IMG/VR virus record: IMGVR_UViG_2690316161_000023 | Coordinates: 1 to 47,532 of that record | Length of the DNA: 47,532 bases | Strand: one strand, 5' to 3' | Source: a virus | Lineage: Duplodnaviria; Heunggongvirae; Uroviricota; Caudoviricetes | Shown here: piece after piece, positions 30,233 through 39,331 of the stretch | Numbering within the stretch: the first letter of the stretch is position 1 | How the letters are laid out: each line of letters opens with the position of its first letter | The notes under the pieces: model-generated | Seen by the model: only the letters and a program-made list of their open reading frames with translations | Databases searched by the model: none | Told to the model about the DNA's origin: nothing | Position numbers and translations under genes: made by a program

Positions 30233-30787
30233 TCAACAGACAGTTTTTAAATACCCGGAAGAGAATGCATCACGCATCGGCAGATAGAGCATATATTCAG
30301 CAAGATTTAGCCATACATCTACCCGACTGCAGCACGTCCGAAAACACCACTCAGGGTGTGCATCATTTAGCAATTCAGCCATTTTGCGCTTAGTCATCCC
30401 CCGTCCTTCATACCGTTGCCGGAGGACACTAATCAATCCAGGATGCTCTGCTAGCACCTCACTTATGACTCTATCAATACATAACGCCTCTGCATCAGTA
30501 CAATGCGCCAGCCAGGTCTTTTGCTTGCCATTGATCATCTCTCGCAAAAACGCTTCCAGCTCAGGTTTCTCTATTCCCGCTTTTTTCATCCTGCGCAGGG
30601 CTTCATTGACGGCTGTTTTCGTCAATTTTTTGGATGCCAGCAACTGGTTAAACATATTTCCCGTCTTACCGCCGCCAATATACGACCAGCGCCCCCACAT
30701 GCGCAGTTTTCCCTGAATCCAGACACTTTCCAGCGTGGTGAGACGAAGGTGTTCCCCGCTTTTGCCTGTATTTGTTGGGTAAATCAT
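30233..30787 (-). CDS. Late-gene antitermination protein Q-like
   Basis: Contains LRMWGRW-type segment; positioned directly upstream of the late promoter and lysis genes; start taken at internal Met MIYPTNTGK. Confidence 0.55.
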   Translation of the reverse strand: MIYPTNTGKSGEHLRLTTLESVWIQGKLRMWGRWSYIGGGKTGNMFNQLLASKKLTKTAVNEALRRMKKAGIEKPELEAFLREMINGKQKTWLAHCTDAEALCIDRVISEVLAEHPGLISVLRQRYEGRGMTKRKMAELLNDAHPEWCFRTCCSRVDVWLNLAEYMLYLPMRDAFSSGYLKTVC

Positions 30788-31074
30788 AAATAACCTTCCT
30801 TTCTCCAGATTTCTTGTGTGCGAAAAACACCTTCTGCATGCATCAGGCGTAATTCTTCTTTGGTGTAATCGCTGTTTTTTACCCGCCCGTCGATTAAATC
30901 GTGGCATGAGCTACAGGCAATCGCTGCCTGCATATCGTGTGGTTTTGTCGCTGTTCCGCACGTCCCCGCCAGCCTGTAATGCGCCAGCACAGAAGTTTCG
31001 GGATTGTGATTGCAGTAGCCAGGAATTCTGACGGTGCACATCTGCCCCCGCGCCGCTTTACGTAAATCCACCAT
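30784..31074 (-). CDS. YbcO-like nin-region protein
   Basis: 96 aa with conserved Cys/His residues; resembles recalled DLP12 YbcO. Confidence 0.5.
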   Translation of the reverse strand: MVDLRKAARGQMCTVRIPGYCNHNPETSVLAHYRLAGTCGTATKPHDMQAAIACSSCHDLIDGRVKNSDYTKEELRLMHAEGVFRTQEIWRKEGYL

Positions 31075-31673
31075 TACGCAAACTCCAGTAACTGCGCGGC
31101 CACATTTTCGACTTCCTCCGGAGAGGAAAATTTACGGAACAGGATCCAGTTCCACAGCACATTCAGTACAGATTTATAAACCTGCTGAAACTCGGTTTCG
31201 TCCATGTTCGCAAATGCGATAGATTTTGCCCTGCGCCCACGACTACCATCAGGATAAATATGCTCGGTGTAAAATCCGGCCTGAATGGTTACCCATTCGC
31301 GAAAAGCGTCAAATGACTTGAGTAAGGCCGTATCCCGGGTTCTGCAAGTCGCAACGGTGTTAAGGTATTGCTCTGCGGCATCACTCAGGGCTGGCGTATG
31401 TTCCCGACCTACTGATTCGCACAGGAAATCAACGAAACCGGACACCAGTTCTCGTTCGCGAGGCGTGATCGCCCCACCGTTCGGAGTCCAGTAATCGAAT
31501 CCCAGTTGCAGGAGTTTGAAAAAACGCTTGTGGAACGCGTAGTTACGCACTCGCTTAAAGTCCGCGTGTATCCACTCACCTATTTTGATTTGATGCAAAA
31601 AATCGCAACTCTCCGGCGTCGCCGGGAGAAGTAATCCAGAAGAGGTTTGTTTGACCAGTTGTATATGCGCCAT
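31074..31673 (-). CDS. Hypothetical nin-region protein
   Basis: 199-aa ORF upstream of the YbcO-like gene. Confidence 0.35.
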   Translation of the reverse strand: MAHIQLVKQTSSGLLLPATPESCDFLHQIKIGEWIHADFKRVRNYAFHKRFFKLLQLGFDYWTPNGGAITPRERELVSGFVDFLCESVGREHTPALSDAAEQYLNTVATCRTRDTALLKSFDAFREWVTIQAGFYTEHIYPDGSRGRRAKSIAFANMDETEFQQVYKSVLNVLWNWILFRKFSSPEEVENVAAQLLEFA

Positions 31674-31744
31674 CGTAGTTCTCCGCTGGCGCAGTAGAAT
31701 GGGTGTTCAGCCCGTTATGTAGTATACCAGAATTAATGCCAATA

Positions 31745-31957
31745 CTAACAGGATGCTCTGACTCGCAATTCATCCAGCAGTTTATCATTTCCCATAATGT
31801 CACTTACCCTCATCGGTAAAAAAATTGCCTTTCGACCATTACGATACATCATTGATTTTGGGGTTTCAGGGAAGTAATCCATTTCGACTATAACTGACAG
31901 GTCATCACGACGTATGACTGCGTATTTGCTACTAAATAGTTTCTTTATTTTTTCCAC
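31745..31957 (-). CDS. Small hypothetical protein
   Basis: 70-aa ORF. Confidence 0.3.
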   Translation of the reverse strand: MEKIKKLFSSKYAVIRRDDLSVIVEMDYFPETPKSMMYRNGRKAIFLPMRVSDIMGNDKLLDELRVRASC

Positions 31958-32264
31958 GATGCCTCCAGGTTTATAAGTACAAACGGTTATATCTACATAG
32001 AGACAAAAATATTAATCTGAAAAATATTTATTTCACGCCGTATATTTGATTATTTAATGTGCAGGTGCAATGACTTTTATTTTATGTTGTGTATATAATC
32101 AAATATATGGTTATTTTTCACCCTGCGCATTCAGCGCGCAACAAAAAACCCGCCGAAACGCTGAGGGATCCCCATAAATCAGCGCTGAAGCGGGTTAAGT
32201 GCGGGTGCGTTGAGGATGCCTGACACATCAGAGGTGGCGGGAGATTTCTCCCCCGCCAGGTCTC

Positions 32265-32417
32265 TTACTCCTCAGGTTCGTAAGCTGTGAAGACAGCGAC
32301 CTCCGTCTGGCCGGTTCGGATTCGTACCTCGCAGAGGTCTTTCCTCGTTACCAGTGCCGTCACTATGACGGTTAAACAGATGACGATCAGGGCGACTAAC
32401 ATCGCCTTTTGCTGCTT
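32265..32417 (-). CDS. hokD: Hok-family type I toxin (HokD/RelF-like)
   Basis: 51 aa MKQQKAMLVALIVICLTVIVTALVTRKDLCEVRIRTGQTEVAVFTAYEPEE; the ORF call includes an in-frame upstream extension. Confidence 0.8.
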   Translation of the reverse strand, partial: KQQKAMLVALIVICLTVIVTALVTRKDLCEVRIRTGQTEVAVFTAYEPEE

Positions 32418-32520
32418 CATAGCCTGCTTCTCCTTGACCTTTCGGTCCGTAAGAGGCAATCTATATGTGACGAGCATATAGGGGCCTCACTTCGATTTAT
32501 AGTCGGGTGGGGCTTTTATC
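32418..32520 (-). promoter_or_regulatory. hok 5' regulatory region (expected mok/sok-type control)
   Basis: By analogy with hok/sok loci; no promoter or antisense RNA was mapped here. Confidence 0.3.
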
Positions 32521-32824
32521 TATCTGCCGTTGGTGTTCATGCCCGAGGCAGACAGCCTCAAGCACCCGCAGCTATTCTACTTAACTATCCTTTTCCCGCA
32601 AATCGTTTTATCCTCAACGCAAATTTCACCAATCCTCCTCCAACTCGTGTCCCTTACCCTAAGGCTGTTTCCCTCTTTACACAGAAGATAATTAATGTAT
32701 TATTTTTTACAAACAATCAGTTAAGAGCTATCTGTGGGTGGAGTCGCCTTGCGGTAGCTTTTCCTTTTATGCATTGCACACATACATGCTCTAATATATT
32801 CCTATATGTTCAAAAGGACTTTTC

Positions 32825-33757
32825 ATGCACAGCGTTAACTTCTATTCATTCCGTGTGTTAACCCACAAGGGCAGCCGAACCAGCAAAAGACTAAACAACC
32901 TAGGTTTAAGCGATAAAAAAACAGCATATGAATTATTTGTTGAGTATTTTAATAGCTATAAAAACACACCTATTGAATTTGGTCTCTCGAAAACAAAGGT
33001 TTCTCTTGAACAACACACATCACTCACCTTTGATGCTCAAAACCAAGTAATATATGGATATGTAAAGGTTGGGAAATATGGTGAGAGCAGTGAAATAAAA
33101 GACGATAAACTTACTAAAATACGTTATACAACAACTATCAACGATGTAACTCTCAAACAGCGTTACATTTTAATATTTTTGCCAGACAATTTAGAAGAAG
33201 GGATTATAGCATTTCACGCTAATGACAATATTTCTGCTCGCAGCACACTCTCTGATGCATTACTAGACCACTTGAAAACAAAATATAAACTTGAAGCGAG
33301 AATCAATCCCCTTTGCCACAAAAAAATTCCCCAACACATCCTTGATTCAGAATTAAAACAAATAAAAGCCCAAGGTTACAAAGCACCAAAGGACATCACG
33401 GATTCATTCGGAAATAACAAAACAAACATCAAAACTGATTTGGTAATAAAAGCAAATCAAGGCGTATTTGGTAGTTTTAAAGACTTAAAAGACAAAAAAC
33501 TAGGAAATATAATAGAAATAATTGAAGATAAGTGTGACGCAATAAAAGTTAGTTTACAATTAGGCAATAGAACAGTCATTTTTAATTACGACACCATCTT
33601 AAGAAAAGGAATTTCTGCCGAATTAGATGATAACGACTTAAACATAAACGCATCTACAGGAATCCCCGATCTTAAAGCACTTCATGACACTGTTAAAATC
33701 ATTGCGAATGATATACTAAGTGAGTTACATAGTGGTAATGGGGGAGTAAAAATATGA
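32825..33757 (+). CDS. Unrecognised 310-aa protein, first gene of a low-GC two-gene module
   Basis: AT-rich ORF with RBS aaggac before the ATG; opposite strand to the surrounding early operon; overlaps the next gene by 4 bp. Confidence 0.6.
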   Translation: MHSVNFYSFRVLTHKGSRTSKRLNNLGLSDKKTAYELFVEYFNSYKNTPIEFGLSKTKVSLEQHTSLTFDAQNQVIYGYVKVGKYGESSEIKDDKLTKIRYTTTINDVTLKQRYILIFLPDNLEEGIIAFHANDNISARSTLSDALLDHLKTKYKLEARINPLCHKKIPQHILDSELKQIKAQGYKAPKDITDSFGNNKTNIKTDLVIKANQGVFGSFKDLKDKKLGNIIEIIEDKCDAIKVSLQLGNRTVIFNYDTILRKGISAELDDNDLNINASTGIPDLKALHDTVKIIANDILSELHSGNGGVKI

Positions 33758-34011
33758 ACAAGATTAACGTAATGAGTGTAATAAAAAAACATTACACAAC
33801 AATGTCGGATCAACGCGGAAATATTTTACTCGAAGACATCGCAATACACTTCATCATTCCTCTTACATTATCATTAATCATATGTTTTACCTATGGGATA
33901 ATGAAAACCTCTATCGCATCTGTTTTTGTTAACTTTGGAGCAATTACTACCGCACTATTAATGAGCGCGGTTATTATGATCTACGATCAAAAACAAAAAA
34001 ACTGTATTTAA
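33754..34011 (+). CDS. Small membrane protein (two predicted transmembrane helices), probably the 5' part of a longer frameshifted gene
   Basis: 85 aa with hydrophobic stretches IAIHFIIPLTLSLIICFTYGI and IASVFVNFGAITTALLMSAVIMIY; stop follows an A-run. Confidence 0.55.
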   Translation: MNKINVMSVIKKHYTTMSDQRGNILLEDIAIHFIIPLTLSLIICFTYGIMKTSIASVFVNFGAITTALLMSAVIMIYDQKQKNCI

Positions 34012-34309
34012 AATTTCAGACATTGAGGAAAACAACAAACCACGTTCAAATCTAATAATTTTAAATAATAATAAAACCGTATATGAGCAATTATGTCACA
34101 ATGTTTCTTATGCCATATTAACATCTGTAGCGTTAGTTATTTTTTCGGTTGCAATATATTTTCTCCCAGAACCCCCAAGTGAATTAAAAAAATGGTATTT
34201 CGCAACCCCTGCTTACATAATCAGTTATTTAGCATACTCATCCTTCTTTTTTACCGTAGTAACATTCTTGATGGTTATAAAAAGATTTAGCACAATATTA
34301 GATAGTTAA
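34001..34309 (+). other. Open +1-frame continuation encoding two more transmembrane helices, no start codon
   Basis: About 102 stop-free codons in AT-rich DNA (...YAILTSVALVIFSVAIYFL...YIISYLAYSSFFFTVVTFLMVI...); removing one A from the run at about 33995-34001 would fuse it to the 85-aa ORF. Confidence 0.5.
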
Positions 34310-34318
34310 ACAATGGAA

Positions 34319-34342
34319 CCGCCGCCCTTTCGGGCGGCTTCC
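34319..34342. repeat. GC-rich hairpin, copy 1
   Basis: gccgccc-tttc-gggcggc; near-identical hairpin at about 35384-35406. Confidence 0.5.
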
Positions 34343-34370
34343 TGATGTTCTAAGGGTGCAGAAATCCCTC

Positions 34371-34430
34371 CGGTTAAGGATTAAATTTTTAACAGAGCTA
34401 AATTTAATTATTCAGTTCTGGATTTTGTCG
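34371..34430. repeat. ~60-bp leader/promoter-like repeat, copy 1
   Basis: ccggttaaggattaaattttt...ttaattattcagttctggatt, about 80 percent identical to 35635-35700. Confidence 0.5.
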
Positions 34431-34821
34431 CCCTGCGTATCCGCGCTTTCGCGTTACGCTCAATCTGAATTAGCTTTTCTATATTTTTTCGCCTTTCCCG
34501 CTCCTCCTGACGCAAGAGCCTTACATCATCTGCCAGTCTGGTTTCTCTTTTCGCCACAGAGAGCATCCAGTCAAATGGTTCCACAACTGCACCGCAGATT
34601 TTACAGCGGACCTGACGCTCTTTTTCGTCAACCCGGACAGAGGCGTGATGACAATATGGTCTTTCCGATGGCTCATAAAGAAAATTAACCTGATTACGAG
34701 GGTCATCCTCTTTTACCGGAAATAAAACGATATTGCTTAACTCATCCTCTGGTTTTATTTCCATGCTCCTCTCCTTTGATGCGAATGCCAGCGGTAATTG
34801 AAGCCTGATAGCTAATTTCAC
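34408..34821 (-). CDS. Hypothetical protein with a putative zinc-ribbon
   Basis: 137-aa ORF with YCHH and CKIC motifs; likely true start at internal Met (MEIKPEDE) with RBS ggagaggag. Confidence 0.35.
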   Translation of the reverse strand: MKLAIRLQLPLAFASKERSMEIKPEDELSNIVLFPVKEDDPRNQVNFLYEPSERPYCHHASVRVDEKERQVRCKICGAVVEPFDWMLSVAKRETRLADDVRLLRQEERERRKNIEKLIQIERNAKARIRRATKSRTE

Positions 34822-34895
34822 TCACAGTACCGCCTCCTGAAAATTTAATGAACAATTCAATACGTTCTTTGGTAATAGTGGTCATGTGTTACTCC

Positions 34896-35159
34896 TTAAC
34901 CCGCAGTGCTTTCAACTGATGAGGGGAACAAAATCTTTTCATCAAACCCTGCATTCATATCATGAACAGCAACACACCAATCCATCGACGAACGATTATC
35001 AAGAGCCTCCATGATTTCATCCATGCGGCGTAGGTCATACAGGTAAATGCTTTTATCGCCAATGGTGTAAAAGCCAATTTTTTTCGGTGATGGACAGCGA
35101 TCAAGAACTTCCTGTAATTCGTTCAACCATGCCCGTTCTTTTTTTGTCAAAGTTGCCAT
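34896..35159 (-). CDS. Small hypothetical protein
   Basis: Start taken at internal Met MATLTKKERAW of the 117-aa ORF, which otherwise overlaps the preceding gene. Confidence 0.3.
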   Translation of the reverse strand: MATLTKKERAWLNELQEVLDRCPSPKKIGFYTIGDKSIYLYDLRRMDEIMEALDNRSSMDWCVAVHDMNAGFDEKILFPSSVESTAG

Positions 35160-35160
35160 A

Positions 35161-35379
35161 TCAGTTTTCCTTATACGGATTAATTTTATTGTGCAGTGTG
35201 TTGAATGACGCCCATACCACGTCGTTATACAATTCAGTAACTGGCTCAATTATTTTCCCGATTGCCCAGACAAAAATTAGAGGGGATATCGGTATCATCA
35301 ATACGATAAACAGAATGAGAAACAAAAATTCTGTCGCCCTACTTTTTTGCGGATATTCTTTTCTGAATAATGTAGTCAT
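35161..35379 (-). CDS. Small membrane protein
   Basis: 72 aa with hydrophobic stretch FLFLILFIVLMIPISPLIFVWAIG; begins just after the GC-rich hairpin. Confidence 0.35.
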   Translation of the reverse strand: MTTLFRKEYPQKSRATEFLFLILFIVLMIPISPLIFVWAIGKIIEPVTELYNDVVWASFNTLHNKINPYKEN

Positions 35380-35383
35380 TTCT

Positions 35384-35406
35384 TACCGCCCTTTCGGGCG
35401 GCCTCC
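35384..35406. repeat. GC-rich hairpin, copy 2
   Basis: ccgccc-tttc-gggcgg. Confidence 0.5.
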
Positions 35407-35411
35407 CGACA

Positions 35412-35624
35412 TTAATCGTTGTGGTAACTCATGGCTTCATTTGCAGCATCAACCGGATCAACCTCCCACCAGCAATAATTTGGTGCGTTTCCTTCAGGTG
35501 TCCACGGTTCCAATTCATTTTTTGCCACATTCTCGTCGCCAGTAATTTTAAAAATCTGCTCAGAGAATTTTTTCACCCACTCGTTATATTTTTCAGTGTT
35601 AATAATTTTCTGTGTATTTGACAT
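35412..35624 (-). CDS. Small hypothetical protein (cassette gene)
   Basis: 70-aa ORF with RBS ggaggt; flanked by repeat copy 2 upstream and hairpin copy 2 downstream. Confidence 0.4.
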   Translation of the reverse strand: MSNTQKIINTEKYNEWVKKFSEQIFKITGDENVAKNELEPWTPEGNAPNYCWWEVDPVDAANEAMSYHND

Positions 35625-35634
35625 AGATATACCT

Positions 35635-35700
35635 CCAGTTAAGGATTAAATTTTATTTACAGTGCTGAACTTAATTATTCAGATTTGGATTATGCTTTCT
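35635..35700. repeat. ~60-bp leader/promoter-like repeat, copy 2
   Basis: Matches 34371-34430. Confidence 0.5.
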
Positions 35701-35729
35701 CTTCACGAAGTTCCGATTGTTAATTTGGC

Positions 35730-36167
35730 TCACAACAGCACCTTCTGAAAATTACCCTGATAGAAAGCCAGTACACGCTGCATAGCTTCGCTCTTCCGGC
35801 ACTCGCTACAGATTATGTTTTGACGCCTGTCGTAGCGGCGTATTTCTCCGTCTGGTAATGGCCAGATAAGGTCAGGATCAACCACAGATGGTTTCTTCAG
35901 ATTTGCCCTTGAGAGTTTTTTGCGGGCGTTTTGCCAGTCCTTACGCGCCTGTTCAGACGGGAATAACCCGTAACCAGAGTTGTATACATCGCCACTGGCA
36001 ACCAGCTCTCTGGCAAGAGCACTCATCAGATATCTTGTCGCACCTGTCTTGGCTTCCAGTTGCCGTAACGTCTCGCGTCCGCTCTGGCGCACGAGTTCAA
36101 CAACCTGCCCCTTAATTTTTTCCCGCTCTTCTTGTGTAAATACTTTTGCCATAAGCGCCTCCGACAA
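35730..36167 (-). CDS. Hypothetical early-region protein
   Basis: 145-aa ORF. Confidence 0.3.
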   Translation of the reverse strand: MSEALMAKVFTQEEREKIKGQVVELVRQSGRETLRQLEAKTGATRYLMSALARELVASGDVYNSGYGLFPSEQARKDWQNARKKLSRANLKKPSVVDPDLIWPLPDGEIRRYDRRQNIICSECRKSEAMQRVLAFYQGNFQKVLL

Positions 36168-36980
36168 TCACTTTTCCGACACAATACGACCGGATGAATC
36201 GACAATCTGTCGGACAATATCCCGGTGTTTGTTCAGCTCCCGCAGCGCGGCGCAGACACGCTCCCACTTCTGGACATGATTTTTCGCCCGACGCAGTTCG
36301 CGATTTGCCATATGCAGCGATGGTAAAAACAGATTATCCGCTTGCGTTTCAGTGAACGATGGCAACGACTTCACAATGTCCGCTACAGTTTCTGTTTTAA
36401 TATCTTCCTGTGTAGCAGCTTCCTGTACTGGTAACGCAACACCTGCTGGCTGAGGAAGGGGTTTACCATCAGTTTCCGCTACCGATGCTGCTTTCGGCTC
36501 TGCTGGTAAATTATCGCCCGGTATGCAGTAACGAAATTTACCGCCCTGATTTACGCGAATCAGACGACCTTTGCTGATTGCCATTGCCAGCGTTGAAGCC
36601 ACTTGGCGTGATGTGGTACCAAACAATGTAGCCAGCTCATCAGCCGTTTGTGGTCCGCGTTGTTCAATCGTTGCGGTTAAATCGCACTCTGAGATTTTCG
36701 CTACTGTTGCTGTGGTGGTTTCTTCCGGCAGTTCTGCCTGCGCTGGCTGTTCCTGCTGAACGTTGTTATCAGCCACACGCCAGGTGTACGCGCTTTTATC
36801 AACAAAACCAGCCTTTTTCAGTTCCCATAGTTCGTTCAGCACTTCTTCACGACTGATATCAAGTCGCGCAGCAAGTTCTATGGATGTGGCTTTTCCCATT
36901 GCTTTCAGTGCGTCAAAAACAGTCTCCATTAAAACTTCCTCCCGGTAAAAATTACTTCTCAATTCCTGGCTGACCAACAT
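36168..36980 (-). CDS. Hypothetical protein with two winged-helix-like segments
   Basis: 270-aa ORF downstream of the replication genes. Confidence 0.35.
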   Translation of the reverse strand: MLVSQELRSNFYREEVLMETVFDALKAMGKATSIELAARLDISREEVLNELWELKKAGFVDKSAYTWRVADNNVQQEQPAQAELPEETTTATVAKISECDLTATIEQRGPQTADELATLFGTTSRQVASTLAMAISKGRLIRVNQGGKFRYCIPGDNLPAEPKAASVAETDGKPLPQPAGVALPVQEAATQEDIKTETVADIVKSLPSFTETQADNLFLPSLHMANRELRRAKNHVQKWERVCAALRELNKHRDIVRQIVDSSGRIVSEK

Positions 36981-37698
36981 TCGGACGCCAGCTCTCCCAG
37001 TTAAAATTCACCCATCGCCCTCCGTTCATGGTCATGCGATCCATAATCCGCTCGCCGAGCAATGTTTTCATGGCCTCATAGTTCAGGTTTGTCAGCATCC
37101 CCACGCTGCGCATCGACGCTGTCCGGCGATCAACAATCTGGTGCAGCACCACCTGCTCGTTTTTCGTCTCGCGCTGAATGCCAATTTCATCAAGAACCAG
37201 CAGATCCACTTCGCACAGCTCCCGCAAAAATTTTTCGCCTGACTGCCCGTCGTCATAGCTGGCGTGCAGGGCGCTCATAACATCAGCCACGGTAACCACA
37301 ATCACTGTCTGACCGTCTTTCAGCAGGCGATTCCCTATAGCTGCCGCTAAGTGATTCTTCCCGGTACCAGGTTTTCCGCTGAACGCAAAATTTGTACACC
37401 CGGTCATCAGTTCATCGGCGATGGATTTCGCCTGGCTTAACGCGTATCGCTGGCCGTCGTTCAGCACCTGGTAATTCGCAAACGAGCATTTACGGTGCAA
37501 CGGCTGGATGCCAGAGCGATTCAGAATTTTTTCCACCCGCAACTGACGATTCAGGCGGTTGATCTCCTCGCAACGTTTCTGGCCTTCAGCAAGTTGCCAC
37601 TCACGCCACTCCGCAACCGTTCTGAATGGGGCGGTTACATGTGGTGGGGTCAGTCTGCGGATACGCTCCAGAACGCCTCCTGTCGCAATATTTTTCAT
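36952..37698 (-). CDS. DnaC-like helicase loader (AAA+ ATPase)
   Basis: Walker [16 protein letters not shown] and Walker B LLVLDEIG. Confidence 0.8.
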   Translation of the reverse strand: MKNIATGGVLERIRRLTPPHVTAPFRTVAEWREWQLAEGQKRCEEINRLNRQLRVEKILNRSGIQPLHRKCSFANYQVLNDGQRYALSQAKSIADELMTGCTNFAFSGKPGTGKNHLAAAIGNRLLKDGQTVIVVTVADVMSALHASYDDGQSGEKFLRELCEVDLLVLDEIGIQRETKNEQVVLHQIVDRRTASMRSVGMLTNLNYEAMKTLLGERIMDRMTMNGGRWVNFNWESWRPNVGQPGIEK

Positions 37699-37704
37699 GG
37701 TCTG

Positions 37705-38493
37705 TTACCCCCTGAAGCCTGGCGGGATCGCACTGTCCGGCAACGAGACGGTGTTAACCTGTCGGAGCAACGTCTCAGGCCGAACACCTTTCGGCGCGAA
37801 CAGGCCCTGGTATTCATTGGCGATGCTGTGTCGAATCACCTGCTCAGGTGTAAAACCCTGCTGACGGAATTTTTCCAGTTCCCGTATCGCCCCGTTAGCG
37901 CCCTGCTCCGTTCGAATCGGTTTTCGCAATGCCTGTCTGAACCGGACCCACTCATGCCAGAGTGTTTCCGGCAACCAATCGGGCAGCTCAATAGCCTCCG
38001 GCTCGAATTTTTTAGACGCTCGTTTTTGGCGAGGGGGATTTAGGGGGAGATCAGTATTTAGATCTTCCTCTTCCTCTTCCTCTGGTAACGCTTTTTGATC
38101 CGTTTGTGTAACGCTGGCAGCGTTACCTTTTCGTTTCAGTTCGCGTATTTTTGTAACTCGCTCGTTTGTAACCGCCCGTTTTTTTGAGCTTTTTCCGTTA
38201 TGACGTTCAAAGTTAGGTAGAGAAAGCCCAACGTCATTTTCGACCAGCCATCCAACCTGAATTAACGCATCAGCAAAACCAGCCATAAAAGTGATGCGAT
38301 CTATTGCACTTTTTGTAACGCCGCGAGCGTTACAATCTGCATTACCGTCTATCATTTGTTGATCCGCCCATGCCCAGAAGCGAATAACCTTCCCTAATGC
38401 GGCATCTGGATCAATATTCAGAATCTCAGCAAGCCTGAATATTTCCGGCTTATCCGGCGTAATAACCTCGAGCTTTATCCAGTTTGAAGCCAT
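37705..38493 (-). CDS. Replication initiation / replisome organiser protein
   Basis: 262-aa ORF immediately upstream of the DnaC-like gene; acidic linker. Confidence 0.5.
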   Translation of the reverse strand: MASNWIKLEVITPDKPEIFRLAEILNIDPDAALGKVIRFWAWADQQMIDGNADCNARGVTKSAIDRITFMAGFADALIQVGWLVENDVGLSLPNFERHNGKSSKKRAVTNERVTKIRELKRKGNAASVTQTDQKALPEEEEEEDLNTDLPLNPPRQKRASKKFEPEAIELPDWLPETLWHEWVRFRQALRKPIRTEQGANGAIRELEKFRQQGFTPEQVIRHSIANEYQGLFAPKGVRPETLLRQVNTVSLPDSAIPPGFRG

Positions 38494-38570
38494 TTGTTTT
38501 CACCTTGTAACGCTCGCGTCGTTACATTTAACTGATACCGAACAAAACAATCCGGCACGATTAATTTCAA

Positions 38571-38996
38571 TCAATGCACTACGACAGAATCGCCGGGCGA
38601 CCCACCACCGCTGAAATGTGCTTTCCGGTAAACGGCCTGGACTGCATCATCATGCGCATCAATTGCCGTACTCAACGCTTCCTGCGCCGCCAGTAATGCA
38701 CGGCGTTCCAGGGTATCGAAGATGCAGAGTCGGTGACGCAGCTCGCGCGGAAGAATTGCCAGAACCGCAGGGATCAGTTTCTGAATTTTTTCCCTTTGCG
38801 CTTTCGTTTCACCTTTCAACCAACGGTGATAGATATTCTGCTGATTGTTCCAGTCCTTGCCTGGTACAAGGGGCAATTCGCCGCCCCCCCCCTGGCGCAG
38901 ATATTCTTCAGTAATTGCGTTAGCGACCCACGCCTGCCCTTTTTCGGCTGCCAGGGCTAACAACACTGATTCGATGTGCTTATGCCTGATTTTCAT
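38571..38996 (-). CDS. YdaT-like protein (CII-position; reported toxin in Rac)
   Basis: 141-aa ORF following the Cro-like gene; resembles recalled Rac YdaT. Confidence 0.5.
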   Translation of the reverse strand: MKIRHKHIESVLLALAAEKGQAWVANAITEEYLRQGGGGELPLVPGKDWNNQQNIYHRWLKGETKAQREKIQKLIPAVLAILPRELRHRLCIFDTLERRALLAAQEALSTAIDAHDDAVQAVYRKAHFSGGGSPGDSVVVH

Positions 38997-39235
38997 GAAT
39001 CAACCGCTCCTATGCTGTTTTCGCTATGCTTACCGTCTGGGGGGAATACATCGTCAAGTCCACAATGAGCGCCAAGCCGATTAAGGGTAGAAACAATTTT
39101 TCTGCACTCCTCTAGTCCAGGGGTACGAAAATTTGCTTCGTAATTTGCCAGTCGGCTTTGTATCCACCCTAACTGAACAGCAAGTTGTCTTTGAGACAGC
39201 CCAAGCTGTTTTCGATATGTTGAAATTTTGTTCAT
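38993..39235 (-). CDS. Cro-like HTH regulator (YdaS-like)
   Basis: 80 aa with HTH (LGLSQRQLAVQLGWIQSRLANYE); divergent from the repressor gene. Confidence 0.6.
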   Translation of the reverse strand: MNKISTYRKQLGLSQRQLAVQLGWIQSRLANYEANFRTPGLEECRKIVSTLNRLGAHCGLDDVFPPDGKHSENSIGAVDS

Positions 39236-39331
39236 TGAAAACCTCCGATGACAATTTTAAACACACCTTGTGTTATATGGTCAAGCTATTTTGTGTTTTA
39301 TGTAAATCACGATTCGTGATACAAGGATGCA
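39236..39331. promoter_or_regulatory. Immunity-region divergent promoter/operator region
   Basis: Between divergent repressor and Cro-like genes; palindromes aacacaccttgtgtt (about 39250-39264) and atcacgattcgtgat (about 39296-39310). Confidence 0.45.

Noticed and set aside
32265-32477. Treating the full 70-aa ORF as the hok product
   Set aside because: Hok toxins are about 50 aa; the N-terminal extension is more likely leader or mok-like sequence, so the CDS is called from the internal MKQQK start.
32825-34309. Identification of the two-gene module as Kiwa or RexAB
   Set aside because: Kiwa has the membrane gene first (from memory), and there is no sequence resemblance to RexA/RexB; only the general architecture is similar.
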